Assembly: GCA_964016885.1 (NCBI GenBank)
Contig: OZ024750.1
Span: 26,536,001 to 26,600,000 of the forward strand
DNA: 64,000 nt
DNA from: Eledone cirrhosa
Taxonomy: Eukaryota
Direction of reading: 5' to 3'
Position numbers and translations under genes: made by a program. Below the pieces are notes generated by a model. That model saw only the letters and a list, made by a program, of their open reading frames with translations, was not told the origin of the DNA and ran no database searches. Positions 18,735-34,079 of the stretch are shown piece by piece; the first letter of the stretch is position 1, and each line of letters opens with the position of its first letter.

Positions 18735-20720
18735 TTTATTTAGGTTTTTTTGTTTCACCACTGGATAGAACTGGTCATTCTGAATGGTCAACCTCGATGT
18801 AATATTATGGTGAGCACTCGACGTAATGCAACTCAACTGTCTTCGTTTGTGTAGTTGGTGGTGCGAGTACGGAGTTAATTATTATAGAATAACAGGAGTC
18901 TGGACTGGTGTAATTCCTTGAAAGGTTTATTATACTATGATCATTTCAATGACCGGGTTCAGTATGAATCCGGTGACATCATCAGGTATTCAGAATATAA
19001 CAAAGGAATATAATAGACAAAATCCATGGGGCTAAAAATAAGAGACATGAGGACGACCGAACATTCAGCAGCTTCTACCACGGTCGACCACCCCCAGTTA
19101 TTTCTGTACAGATGAGAGACGTGTATTTACGCTTAAACAATGAATCAATCTGTTACAATTAATAATTATTCGCAAAGTATTAATATTGAAATGCATTTAT
19201 TCGGAAGTGTGACAGAATAAATTATTTCTTCACAAGTAGCAAGATTATAAGCAAGCCGTGGAAGAATCAAGAGAACAAATGGAAGTAGATAAATGGGAAA
19301 TTTAGTGAAATATTATTTTAAGGCTTGAGACTTATAGCCATAAAACTTATAGCCATATATTTGTATAGCAGCTGTATCATGTTTTAAAAGACGGATTGAG
19401 AGCAAAGTTTGTCATGCGATAATCAAAGACCGCACTCTAGAATTTGAAATAATTAAACTAAGCATGAAGACTTCTAACTAAAGTAGGCTCATTATTGCAC
19501 ACATGGTAATACGAGGTACGTAATTTAGTTAGTACCAGTTATAAGTCACAAACCCGTATTCACACGCCGTAGTACATTTTGATAGAATTCTTTATATTTC
19601 CGGAAATATTCGTTGTCCTGCCATATCTTAAAGAAGTGGAAAATTGTGAATTTTCCCTTCCTGCATGATGCGAAGTGTTCACTGCATGTGGTGTTTCTGG
19701 CAGAGGGATCTCTAATTTATTTTTTATGGACCCGAACCCTATCATGTAGACCCGTTCTCAAATGTAGTATTCTTCAAGTTGTGGGCAGGTCACACAATAA
19801 ATAAAGGCGTTCGTTTTGCAATTCCCGCTTTCCTTAAATTTGAAAATGTCATTGATTCAAAAGGAGATTTGCCCTCTCTCTTCAATGAATGAACAAGTTC
19901 CGTATCAGGGGTTCCCGCATTTCTTAACTTGCATTGATTCATTGTCAGACGTAAATTTCGCCTTAATAAACAGTATTTTTAAAGTTAGGTGCTTGGCGTC
20001 TACTATATAGTATTTGTGAGTCTTTTATGGGTGCTTTCATTTTGGAGGACTGCTTGAGAATCGGGAGATATTGTTTAGCGTCTTTCACGATGTTGAAGTT
20101 CCATGGATTGTAAGTGACGATAAAAGGGATAACTGCTTTTTCCCTTTTATTTTGTAGGTTTGTTTTTCTTAGTTTTGTCACTGGGCTATTCTGGGCCTTG
20201 GAGATAGCCGTATTGATGAAGATCACCGGAGAGTCTATTAAGGAGCTCTTTTAGTTCATATAATCTTTTTTCCTATAGTGTGTTTTGTGTTTCTATGGTG
20301 CAAATACGTTTTGTCATATTATAGGGAATGTTCCTTTTGGTATGTGAGAGGTGTGCTGACCGGAAATTCAAGTACTGGTGTGTGTCTGTCGTTTGTAAAA
20401 TAGGTCTGTTTTTATATTTTCCCCTTCTTTAATGATAGTGATATCCCAAAACGGTCGTTCCTTTTTATTTCAATCCATGGTAAATAGTCTTGCTTCGTGA
20501 AGCCTGTTTATGATGGAATGGAATCTTTGTAGGTCTCCTTGGCTTCTATTAAAGAAGATGAAGCAGTCGTCTAGGTAACATTTCCAGTTGTTATTAATGT
20601 AGGTGGCAACGTCGTGACTGAAAGCTTCTTGCAGCTGGGAATATAATTTTACCTCTAGGTGAAATAAGACGAGTGTTGCATATGTTGGGGCTACTTTGGT
20701 GCCGATGGATGTTTCTTTCG
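18735..20720 (-). mobile_element. Penelope-like retroelement (Neptune-like), 5'-truncated and frameshifted
   Basis: RT motifs TSIGTKVAPTYA and YLDDCFI (ORF 20470-20835), C-terminal remnants, pLTR with hammerhead at the 3' end. Confidence 0.85.
18932..18989 (-). ncRNA. Minimal hammerhead ribozyme; copies 47877-47934 and 63715-63772
   Basis: Minus strand: ATAC-CTGATGA-stem II-GAAA-TGATCA-TA-GTAT, with palindromic stem III. Confidence 0.8.
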
Positions 20721-20820
20721 TGTATGTATGTATATATATATTCCTGCGATTGTCTGTTTTTTCTTTTTTCTTTTCATTATTGCGAACTGTATATATATAT
20801 ATATATATACCTTTGAACAG

Positions 20821-20911
20821 TGAGAGAGAGTCCACCTGTCGTTTATACCGTGATGATGTGGTTCATCCCAATTCTGTTACTTGCAATTGTGATTGCAGCG
20901 ATCATTTATGG
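20821..20911 (+). CDS. Transmembrane exon (VRESPPVVYTVMMWFIPILLLAIVIAAIIYG)
   Basis: aacag acceptor, GTATGT donor, phase 1 in (fits EGF exons) and phase 2 out, uncharged hydrophobic stretch of more than 20 aa. Confidence 0.8.
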
Positions 20912-21946
20912 GTATGTGATTTCTTTTATCAATACAATTGTTAGAAGTGATTGATCAATTTCAATCTGTCTGATGTTTAGATTTAGAATCAATAAAATTG
21001 TATTTTTCTTTTATAATTGTATATTGTGTAATTGACCTTCGTATGTTTCAGCGATGAGTTTTCAATATGATAACTTATTTTCCCAGTTGTTCGGTGAATA
21101 GTAATGACCACGTATAATATTAAATGTACTAATTGCAGTCGTTTGACTAATTATTGCCTCATAATTTGACCAGGACATTTAAAAAATTTCTTTTTCACAC
21201 AAACATAGTAATTCTGTTTGATAGGCTAAAAGAAGCTTTGCCTTGATGTTATTTGAATAGAGATACATCAGGCATAAAGTTGAAAACTGTAAAGTATTAT
21301 ATCTAATTCTCAATATTGTGAATTTCCTATATATTTCATATTAGTATTTTATTGTTTTGACTAGAAATATTTTGATTAGCTAATTTCATTTTCTATAGCC
21401 CAAGCAATATCAAGTTTATTTTTTATACCGTTAGAAGTACAAAATGTCACGAGTCATAGGCATACTTATTGAAACAGTTCATAATTGAGTCTAATATGTT
21501 AGAATCTTTTTAAAATAACCTTAAAAAATATTCGTACGAATTAAATACAAAATTTTCAGTCGAAAACAAAAGCAAATTATTTCAAATTATATAATTTTGA
21601 AAAATAGACGTGAATGTTCTCAAAGACTTGATCTCAGTCGAATAAACATTTTCTTTATTTTTATTCTATATTTCACTGTTAGCTGTTGCCATATTTGAGT
21701 GGATAGACAATTCTACAATTCAAACTGTAAAGTCAAAATACAAAAGATACAAAATGTGAAGGATTTCTTACCTTTCTCTAGAATCACAAACCCAAAGGAA
21801 AAATAGTACCTTGCAAAATAAAGTGCTTCGATCACAAACTTAGTTGCAAAGAATAAATTGAGATGCTTGGTGACAGTGAGCAAGAAAAATCTCTATCCCT
21901 TATATATATATATACATAGATAGATACACACGCACACACATGCACG

Positions 21947-21996
<50 letters not shown>

Positions 21997-22247
21997 CACA
22001 CACACACAAACATGTGTGTGTTAGCGTGTGTGTGTGTGTGGCTTGTTTTTGGTACATAAAGAATTTTGGCTCCAGTTTATATTGCCGTATTGTCGGGTCA
22101 AAGGTTACTGATCTGTTCAACAACGTAAAATAACAACGCCATACAGACACGTATATATATATATATATACTATATATATATATTATATATATATATATAT
22201 TATATATATATATATAATGTATATAATGTATATATATATAATATATG

Positions 22248-22279
<32 letters not shown>

Positions 22280-22282
22280 TTA

Positions 22283-22432
<150 letters not shown>

Positions 22433-22445
22433 TATATATATGTAT

Positions 22446-22539
<94 letters not shown>

Positions 22540-22542
<3 letters not shown>

Positions 22543-24840
22543 GTAGAACACTGGAAGGTAATATCCGTAGTGGTAGAGCACTCAGTCCATGGGACGAGTT
22601 AGGTAGATGTGGTTACACAACAGTTAATTCACCATACCGAGAACAATTGTTTCACCTTAGCGGATCCTCAGCTCGTAATGGACATGGTTATACGGAACAG
22701 GAAGGACAACCGTACGAACGCGCATGCGCAGAAACGATCACTTCACACAGGCAATACTAAATTGCGCGTGAGAGGTGTAAGGGAGATAAGTGCGAAACAC
22801 CCTAGCACCTTTCAAACTAAAATTAGAAATGAAATTAAGAAATTTAGGTCTAGTAACACTTTCATTCTTTCCGACAAAACTAATAATATTTACGAAGTCC
22901 ACAACACCACCCTCCTCCACTTGGCCCATAACACTATTACTTCCAAAAGCTAACCCTATGGCCTACCACGGCATTAATACAGAAACCAAAGAACTTGCCG
23001 CCGCCCTTACGGTAGATAAGAAGCTACAATTTCAAACTAAGCGGGAAGGGTTCCTCACCCTGAAAGATCACAAGGTAGACTTTACTTCTAACCCCACATG
23101 TAGACTAATAAACCCGGCACGCACATATATGGGACTATTCAGTAAGGCCATATTTAGAAACATAGTTAAGACCATTTGGACCAAGTCCAACCTGTCCCAG
23201 GGGGAGAACAACGACTCCTTAATTAAGTGGTTTAACTCCTTCAAATACAAAAAAGCGAAGTTCACACAGTTTGACATTGTTGACTTTTACCCGTCGATCT
23301 GAGAGACCCTGTTAAACAAAGCGTTGGACTTTGCTACCACTTACACTACCGTCGACGGTTTCGACAGGGAAATCATCGCTCACTGCCGGAAAACCGTCCT
23401 CTTCAACAGCGGATTAGCGTGGGCAAAGAAGTCAACAACTTCAGACCTATTCGACGTCTCCATGGGATCGTTTGACAGTGCTGACGTATGCGACTAGTTG
23501 ACCTATTTAGTTTAAACATATTACACGGGAATATACCGCGACAATGGACTGACCTTATCGAGCCATAAAAGTGGTCACGACCTCGACCGGTTTAGAAAAG
23601 ACTTAGCTTCTAGCTTCAATGAGCTAGGACTTAGGATAACAGTAGCTACCAAACGCTCTAGCGTAGATTTCTTAGACATTAATTTAGACCTTCGCCCACC
23701 TACAGATCCTTTCATAAGCTAAACGAAAAACTCAATTACATTCACAAGTACTCATGCCACCCTTCCATTGTTTTTAGCAACTTCGTAAATAATATCAGTA
23801 CTAGAATCTCAAACCTCTCCTCTAATAAGGATTTACTTGACAGGGCGGTACCCTATTGTAACACGGCGTTATCTAACAGCGGCTTCTCCCAACCTATCAC
23901 TTACTCTCCAACTAACGACAACAGCAATAAGAAAAGAAAGCGTAACAACAGACAAACTATTTGGTTCTCTCCTCCCTTCTCACTCAAAATTAATACCAAT
24001 GTAGGTAAAAAATTCTAGCCCTCTTAGATAGACACTTTCCCATTGGTCAAAAATACCGCTCCATCTTTAACCGACACAAAGCAAAACTAGGATACTCCTG
24101 CGCTCAGAACATGAAGGCCCACATCACCAACAGCCCTAAGAGCAACACCCACCAGGGTGCTCTTGCCGTAAGTCCGAAGTTTGTCCCCTTCAACAGCAAT
24201 GCAACACACCCGCTGTAGTTTATGAAGCTGTGGTCACTTCCAACCGACCAAATCAACCACAGGAGGTCAAATCCTTAGTGGGTATGGCGGAGGGCCGATT
24301 TAAGGAACGTTTCCTGAACTACCAGTCGACCTTTAGGTACCCGGATAGACGTTCATCCAAACTCGCGAGCCGCGTATGGTCCCTCAGGGACTCAAGTATA
24401 GACTACTCCATTCAATGGAAAGCCATCCCTAAGTCCAAGCCATACGCAAGGGGCAATCCGTCGTGTGGTCTATGTATTGATGAACGAATAAATATTCTAA
24501 AGAGATTACGCAATAGTGATTGCCTAAACACGAGAATGAATTCTTCACACGTTGTCCACACGTCTGGAAATACCTCTTACATAACTACAAAGCCCCGGAT
24601 TGAACTACAACAACATCCTAATTTTCTTATCAACTAGAACATTTCGGACTTTCGCAGTTATCTCCCTTACACCTCTCGCACGCAATTTAATATTGCCTGT
24701 GTGAAGTGATCGTTTCAGCGCATGAACGTTCGTACGGTTGTCCTTCCTGTTCCGTATAACCAAGTCCATTACGAGCTGAGGATCCGCTAAGGTGAAAAAA
24801 TTGTTCTTGGTATGGTGAACTAACTGTTGTGTAACCACTT
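22540..24840 (+). mobile_element. Penelope-like retroelement (RT plus C-terminal GIY-YIG remnant) with inverted 5' pLTR
   Basis: QFDIVDFYPSI and MGSFDSA RT motifs, endonuclease remnant 24150-24590. 22605-22795 is an inverted copy of 24651-24840. Both ends in (TA)n. Confidence 0.9.
22638..22675 (-). ncRNA. Minimal hammerhead ribozyme; second copy 24772-24809 (+)
   Basis: CGAG-CTGAGGA-TCCGCTAAGGT-GAAA-CAATTG-TT-CTCG. Confidence 0.85.
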
Positions 24841-24843
24841 CTA

Positions 24844-24884
<41 letters not shown>

Positions 24885-25116
24885 TTAGAAACACACAGGT
24901 ACATGCGGACACACACATATACATGAATGCATCCACACCCAACCGTGAGTTAAGGGTGCCAACCTCACCGATGTTGCTCAATGAATGACTGGGACAGACC
25001 AATCCGGTTGAACTAGACTGAACCAGTATCAGAGTTAAAAATACATTATGAAGAGAGAAGAAACATTTAGATATAATTAGTAATAAAATGTATCATACCT
25101 AAACTGCTCCTAGATC

Positions 25117-25204
25117 CCTCGACTACGTAGTTTCGTGGCATAAACAAAAACAATACATCATAAAGATATAGAGTCCTTGCAAGGTCTGCCGACTTATCAA
25201 GAGG
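25117..25204 (-). ncRNA. Hammerhead ribozyme, U3-A8 core variant
   Basis: CCTC-TTGATAA-...-GAAA-CTACGTAG-TC-GAGG. Confidence 0.65.
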
Positions 25205-25769
25205 ATACCTCATTTTACTAGCCTCAAGAACGCGTCTACACGACGTGAGAAAGAATCCCAAAAGGCGGAGGGGGAGATAGTCACGCGATATAACGGTCGA
25301 GAAACAGAGCTAAGCCTCTTATAACCCCGAAGAAAATACCACGGAGGCGGTATATATATATAACGTAGGTGGTGTGGTACGGATCCAGAAGGACCATAAT
25401 GCACCAGAGTACTCAATACTTAGGGTAGTAGAGTGGGTAATAGGAAATTGTTTAACCCCGGTGGCAGAGCTCAAGCCGTTTCGACGACTATTTCTGGACT
25501 CCAGAAATAGCCGTCGAAACGGCTTGAGCTCTGCCGTCGGGGTTAAACATTTTCCGATATATATAATTTTATATATATATATATATAAATGTAGAGAGAA
25601 AGTGGGTAGGACAGAGAGAGTAAGAAATGTGAGTGTGTGTTTGGTACACGTCTATCTATCTATCTATCTATCTCTCCAACAGGGCGCTGAAACATACGGC
25701 CCTACAAACTATTTTCTATGGCCCGTGGTAGAACTAATATTTCAGATTCCATTATAACTGTTGAAAATC

Positions 25770-25912
25770 AGGCGGTGAGCTGGTGGAATCGTTAGCACAA
25801 CTGGCGAAATACTTAGCGGTTCTTCTTCCGTGTTTACGTTGCTAGTTCAAATTCCGCCGATCTTATCTTTGCCTTTCATCCTTTTGGGGTCGATAATCTA
25901 AGTACCAGTTGT
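25770..25912 (+). mobile_element. tRNA-derived SINE, related subfamily
   Basis: ggcggtgagctggtggaatcgttagc...agttcaaattccgccga...ctttgcctttcatcc. Confidence 0.75.
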
Positions 25913-25913
25913 G

Positions 25914-25979
<66 letters not shown>

Positions 25980-26658
25980 TTATACTTTGAGAGGGTCATG
26001 TTGCCAATAAGAAACACACGCACCAGTTGCTTTCACTTCAATTTATTATAAATTAAATTTATAAATTTCCGGTTGGTTGGTTGGTTCCACAACCAGACGA
26101 TTGTTCATATATTGTCAAAGATTTTTCGTCACACATTCTGTGACTTCTTCAGTGACTAGGGATTATTTTCTTTGTTTTTGCGCCTCTCCTTTGTTCTGTC
26201 CTACGCTATCTTGTGTTTGTGTGTGCTGTGTGCTTAGTTTGCGCATGTGTTAAGTCCGGGTGTCTGTGTGTGTTTAAATTTGTTTATTTATTTGTTTATT
26301 TACATGTTACTGGTTGGTTGTTTGTTCTATGTGTGTGTGTGTTTTTATTTTGTCCTTAATTGTAAGTAAAAATTAAATAGAAAACATGAATGGAACAGCA
26401 ACATCACAACTTATAATGTGGTATAAATATGACTGAATATGAGATTGTGATCAAGTCGTCATTCCCTCGTCAATTATTTTTATTCTGTTAAGTACAATGT
26501 TATTTAATAATTTTTAAATTTCCTTTTGCTGTAATAAAATTAATAATTAATTAATAATTTAACTGTAACATGTTTTTTTTTTTGTCTGAACCTGAAAAAC
26601 ATAGTTGTCAACACTATACTCTAGTTCTCATATTACCACTCACTTGTTCAAAATATAG

Positions 26659-26893
26659 CTACATTCGCAATGCAAAAAGAATCGAAAGAGACAGAGTTAA
26701 AGACAGTGGAAAATACAATGGAAAAGACAGCGGAAATGGCAGTGGAAAAGGCAACGGAAAAGACAAAGGAAAAGACAACGGAAAAGACAGTGGAAAAGAC
26801 AAAGGAAAAGACAAAGGAAAAGACAAAGGAAAAGACAAAGGAAAAGCGAGCGGATATGACACAGGAGATAAATCTGGAAAGAAGGGAAATTAG
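26659..26893 (+). CDS. Cytoplasmic-tail exon (YIRNAKRIERDRVKDSGK...(KDKG)n...KKGN*)
   Basis: atag acceptor read in phase 2 matches the TM exon and gives a basic juxtamembrane RNAKR. Stop TAG 26891-26893, then a donor cag|GTGATT after 26923 (3'-UTR intron). Confidence 0.7.
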
Positions 26894-27438
26894 ACCACCT
26901 AAAAGATATTTCTAAAGATACAGGTGATTTGATTGTTTTATTGACTGTTGAATGTCTATACTTAGTTTAATAAAACTGTAATATTCTCGAAAACCAAAGA
27001 AATTATTTTATTACATTCTCTGTTATGTGACTTTTACTCATATATTTTTCCCTAAATGTCATGAATTTACGTAGATAAGACCTGTAGATGATAAGGATAT
27101 CCACCGAGCGAATTCTAGAGGAATCTATATACTGGAGGAAACCGACTGTATGTTGTGATTTATGCGTACACTAAGGTGGAGGATAACACGCATGTTCTTT
27201 TAAAAATCCTCTAAATTTCTATTCTGTGGCGTGTTATTGCTAGACTTAAATCAAATCATCAATACACGCAATATGTAAGATCAGCAAGGAACGGAAATTT
27301 TAACTTACATGAGGAAACCGGAATTTCGTAGTGAACTGCCGGAAGTATAAATTTAAATAAATACACACACACACACCCACACTCACTCACACACTCACGC
27401 ACACATACACACATACTGACTCTCACGCACACGCACAT

Positions 27439-27514
<76 letters not shown>

Positions 27515-27539
27515 TCTTGATCACCTTGACCGACCAGTC

Positions 27540-27845
27540 TGTCGAGCGCCGCTGGTCACAGCACGTGCTGTTTTAGCCATATGGTGACGCCATCTAGGCG
27601 GGCAGGCCGTAAGTCTAAAGTCTGTCTTAACCCAGAAGGCTCATTTGGCCGGTGCTTATCCCGGCTTCATGGCGTGAAGCGACAGAGCACAAGACTCCCC
27701 CTGGACAGGACGCCACTCCATCGCAGGGTTAAAGCTCCGGCTATTGCTGGTACTCATTTTCAGCTGAGTAAACTGGAGCAACGTGAAATAAAGTGTCTTG
27801 CTCAAGGAAACAACACATCAGCCGGTCCGAGAATTGAACTCACAA
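27540..27845. mobile_element. Probable SINE fragment
   Basis: GC-richer island between microsatellites, with gctggtactcatttt and gtgtcttgctcaagg motifs typical of invertebrate SINE reverse strands. Recognition only. Confidence 0.5.
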
Positions 27846-27870
27846 CCCACACGCACACACCCACACGCAC

Positions 27871-29410
<1,540 letters not shown>

Positions 29411-29420
29411 CTCGCTAAAC

Positions 29421-29454
<34 letters not shown>

Positions 29455-29541
29455 AGCAAAGTTTTATTTAAATTGTTGGGTTACAACGGGTAAATATTTA
29501 TAACTGATATAAAAGCACTCAACAAGTATTTGGAGTATATT

Positions 29542-29848
29542 TACGATATTAAATAAATGGAAACTATATTTATAAAACCATATTTATTTCATTATATATA
29601 TTTCAGGGATATCATATTAAAAATATGGTATGCCTTCATCAGACAAAATACAATATAAACAGTCTTATAAATAGATAGATTTGACATACCTTACAACTTC
29701 AACTTCCATTTAAAAAGTTGATTAAGACTGTTTATATTGTATTTTGTCTGATGAAGGCATACCATATTTTTAATATGATATCCCTGAAATATATATAATG
29801 AAATAAATATGGTTTTATAAATATAGTTTCCATTTATTTAATATCGTA
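29542..29848. ncRNA. Inverted repeat carrying two opposed hammerheads (29586-29649 -, 29741-29804 +)
   Basis: ATTTTGT-CTGATGA-AGGCATACCATATT..AATATGATATCCCT-GAAA-TATATA-TA-ATGAAAT and its exact reverse complement. Confidence 0.8.
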
Positions 29849-30309
29849 TATTTATATATATATATGTTTGTGTGTGTGTGCATTTGTATGTAATTTATAT
29901 AAATGTATATATATGTTTCTGTACGTTTGTTTATTTGAAAGTTTCCTATCCTTCCTAGCACTCAACACTTTCAGCTTATTTCCAACACATTACTGGTCAC
30001 TCTAAACATATCTATGACTACTTTAGTCTAATAAATTCGGCCAAATAACAAACTGAAAATATAAGCAAAATAAATAAACATAAAGAAGAGAATAAAAAAC
30101 TAGATTTTTTTTCTCGTTTTGAAAATAGCTAAATACAAACCAATATAAACGAAAATAAACATATATATATTTGACTTCCGTCCAACTGTAGGGATTATGT
30201 GGTAGGAAAGTTGAATATACACGGTGAGAATAAAGCCTTTCCCTAATTAGAAAATATCATATCTCGAATACTATTTGGTGAATTGTTTAATTTCAAGTTT
30301 AAAATTTTT

Positions 30310-30790
30310 AGAAGGGACGTAGGTGTAAAAGCCAAACTCGCTGTCTTCAATTCGGTTTTCGTGCCAATCCTTACCTATGGTCATGAATCTTGGGTAATGA
30401 CCGAAAGAATAGGAACGTGAATACAAGCAGCCGAAATGGTATTCCTCCGAAGGGTCTTTGGAGTAACTTTACTCAATAAAGTGCGTAACTTGGAGATCAG
30501 AGAGCCACTCCTGGTAGAGTGGCTACTTCTCCGAATTGAGAAATTAAGGCTCCAATACTATAGGCATGGGGTTAGAATGCCTCAGGAAAGAATCGCTGGT
30601 CAGATTTTACGGGCGAAACCAACAGGTAGGTGACCCAAGATAGATGCCGAGCAAGATGGTTGGATAACATCCATGAGCTTGGCTGGTTACGCTTGGGGAT
30701 CCAGCCAGATCAGTTTGAGACGTTTGCTTCTGACAGGACTCGCTGGAATGAATGTTTGAGGACTGTGCCCCTATGACCCTTTCAGGAATA
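30310..30790 (+). mobile_element. RTE LINE 3' fragment
   Basis: PILTYGHESW...AAEMVFLRRVFGVTLLNKVRN. Related to 45720-46600 (-). Confidence 0.75.
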
Positions 30791-31303
30791 AATGTGCGAG
30801 GAAAAAGAAAGTTTCTCTGAACATGTTTTACATTTTCTCTACAGGAAGTAGTTGTAATTTTCAGTAACAAAATGGCGTCTATGAAACAAAAAGCTCAGTA
30901 TGGAAAGACTTTATGCTCATCCTGTATTAGGCGTTGGATAGTCGGTTGCATCACACTAGGGTGTAGGGGTTAAATGCCGTCGAAACATGGAAGGTCTATA
31001 TAGGGATTTATACTGAAAGCCTATGAGAGGGGGGTCCAGCTGGTACTATGTTCCGGGACCCAAGAGCTGAGAGGGCCCCACAGCAACCATGCAATATCCA
31101 TTTGAGAAAAATCCTTACCTGCTTCTGGCCTTAAAGGGTCTTGTACCGCCTTGCAACATTTCTCTTGGCGGCCCTCTCTATAATTTAAAATGTCGTGCCG
31201 CCATTACTAGACATTATTTTCTGGATATCTTTGACTAAAGGTTTCTGATTTAGGCACAAGGCCAACAATTTTGGAGGGAGGGAAAAGCCCATTAAATCAA
31301 CCT

Positions 31304-31445
31304 AGCATAGTTACGTCCCTTTACGGTCTGAGTTCAAATCCCGTCGAGGTTAACTTTGTCTTTCATCCTTATGGGGTCAATAAAATAAAGTACCAGTAAT
31401 GTACTGGGTGTTTTTGTTGGCCTTGTGCCAAAAGTAGAAACAGTT
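31304..31445 (+). mobile_element. SINE, 5'-truncated (another copy 32870-33005)
   Basis: Matches the 3' part of 2929-3109. Confidence 0.8.
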
Positions 31446-31576
31446 ATATATTATTCATTTAAGTGAACCTCGTTATGTGCTTCTAGAGATCAACCCAAAC
31501 ATAGCTGGCCATCTTAAAATATGTCAGCCGTTAATATAACAAACAGTTCAACGCCATTTAATTGGAGGATGAGGTA

Positions 31577-31593
31577 ACTACCACTACTACCAT

Positions 31594-31650
<57 letters not shown>

Positions 31651-32830
31651 CATACCTACTACTACTACTACTACTACTACTAATAGTAGTAGTACTATCA
31701 CCACCACCACCACCACCTCTACTACTATTACCACCGCTACCACCACCACCACCACCAACACTACTACTACTACTAATACTACTACTACTACTACCACCAC
31801 CACCACCTATACTAATATTACCACCGCTACCACCACCACCACCACCACCACCACCACCTCTACTTATATTACCACCGCTACCACCACCACCACCTCTACT
31901 AATATTACCACCACTACCACCATAGGAATACATACTCACTCATACATACAACCACACACACATACAGACACACACACACACAACCACAAATCCAAACATA
32001 CACACACATATACATATGTATACATACACAGGCATTTATACACACACCTACACACACGTACACACACACACACACACATATTTATACACACACATACATA
32101 CATATGTATACATACACAAGCATTTATACACACAACCACACGCTCGTACACATACACACACACACATACATATGTATACACACACATACATACGCATGTA
32201 TACACACAACCACACACGCATGCAGACACACATACAGACACATACAAATACATATGTATACACACAAGCATGCGTACGTATGTATGTGTGTTACTATGTA
32301 TGTATACATATGTATGTATGTGTGTTACTATGTATGTATATGTGTTACTATGTATGTATGTGTGTTACTATGTATGTATGTATGTGTGTTACTATGTATG
32401 TATGTGTGTTACTATGTATGTATGTGTGTTACTATGTAAGTATGTGTATTACTATGTATGTATGTGTGTTACTATGTATGTATGTATACGTGTATGTATA
32501 TGTGTATGTATGTATGTATGTATATGTGTATGTATGTATGTATGTATATGTGTTACTATGTATGTATATGTGTTATTATGTATGTATGTGTGTTACTATG
32601 TAGTATATGTGTTACTATGTATGTATGTATGTTACTATGTAGTATATGTGTTACTATGTATGTATATATGTTACTATGTATGTATATGTGTTACTATGTA
32701 TGTATATGTGCTACTATGTATGTATGTATATGAGTTACTATGTAGTATATGTGTTACTATCTATGTATGTATGTTACTATGTATGTATATGTGTTACTTT
32801 GTAAGTATGTATATGTATTACTATGTATGT
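31577..32830. repeat. Compound microsatellite/minisatellite: (ACT)n/(ACC)n, (CA)n-like, (TATGTATGTGTGTTAC)n
   Basis: Direct reading of the sequence. Confidence 0.9.
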
Positions 32831-33069
32831 ATATGTAGAGGGTCGGGCACCATGCTTTGACGCATAGAGTTGCGGCCCTTGCCATTCTGAGTTCAAATCC
32901 CGCCGAGGTTAACTTTGCTTTTCATCCTTACGGGGGTCGATAAAATAAAGTACCAGTAATACACTGGGATAATTGCTGGCCTTGTGCCAAAAGTAGAAAC
33001 AATTATGTATGTATATGTGTTACTATGCATCTATGTATGTGTGTTACTATGTATGTTATCCCTTTCTTT

Positions 33070-33430
33070 TAATTTCGAGTATATTTTTGACCGGCCACCT
33101 TCCTGGTGGCAAGTTTGTAAAAGAAAAGAAATTGTCATCCATTGAATTGCAAGAATATTTTGCAAATTTTGAAGGTGGCAGCTATCGCAGCCATTTGTAG
33201 ACTATGAATTAGGGAGCTGCGCTCTTTGTCCGCAAATCCAAGTTCAGTTATACATTGGCCCAAGCGGGTTGGTATATAACCCGTAGCTCTAATAATGATG
33301 GGTATGAAGCTAAAGGTGTATCTTGGACATTGAATTTGTAAACTCCTCATCAATGGTCCGTAGATGTCCTCCTTCTCCTGTATTTTTCTGACAACGTTTA
33401 CATCAAGTGGGCAGCTGATCTCCACAACAG
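33070..33430 (-). mobile_element. 3' fragment of a restriction-like-endonuclease LINE (R4/NeSL-like)
   Basis: EISCPLDVNV..K..EK...Y..L...IPIII.ATG pattern (ORF 33135-33425). Confidence 0.6.
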
Positions 33431-33504
33431 ATATGTGTTACTATGTATGTATATGTGTTACTATGTATGTATGTATGTTACTATGTATGTATGTATATGT
33501 ATTC

Positions 33505-34035
33505 TAGGGCGGGTAAAATTCCCGAGATCCATGGACGAGTTCTCTCCAGCGGTCTCTGTCCATCATTATCGCTGCCATGTCCTGTGTCTCCAACAGATCA
33601 GTGTCTGTCCTTAAGGCATGTACATACGTTAACCTTGGTCTTCCTCTTCCAGTGTGTCCATGTAGGGGCTCCCACAAGAGCACTGAGTGCAATGTCAACT
33701 CTGGATGTCGGTCAGCATGTCCAGCTAACCCCAGACTCCTCTGCGTCACTTTTGAGCTGACTTTTGGGAGGCTCCCATACAGCTCTGAGTTTTTCATCCT
33801 CAGTGTATACTGATTAACGTTCAGCGCCACCCTCAGCATTCTCGTGTAGCAGCCATCCACCATCTGAGTGAGTTTCTTAGTCAGTGTCCAAGTCTCAGAC
33901 CCGTACAGCAGCACAGACTCCACTACAGGAATGAAGAGGCAGATTTTCAGGTCTTTATGAAGGTCCGACTTCCACACTGATCTCAAGCTGTGGCACGCCG
34001 CCCAGGCGTGCCACAGCTTGAGATCAGTGTGGAAG
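33505..34035 (-). mobile_element. RTE LINE 3' end
   Basis: VESVLLYGSETWTLT...DGCYTRMLR...LAGH...GRGRP...DRDRWR. Confidence 0.9.
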
Positions 34036-34079
34036 ATCTATGCTAAGATCAATGCTAAGATCTGCTAATTAATATCGAA

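Noticed and set aside
30845-30900. Possible last (3'-UTR) exon after ttttctctacag
   Set aside because: Good acceptor but no independent support from sequence alone.
31562-32860. 432-aa Thr-rich ORF as a mucin stalk exon
   Set aside because: Pure (ACT)/(ACC) microsatellite running into CA/TATG repeats, with no convincing splice sites, and downstream of the receptor stop codon.
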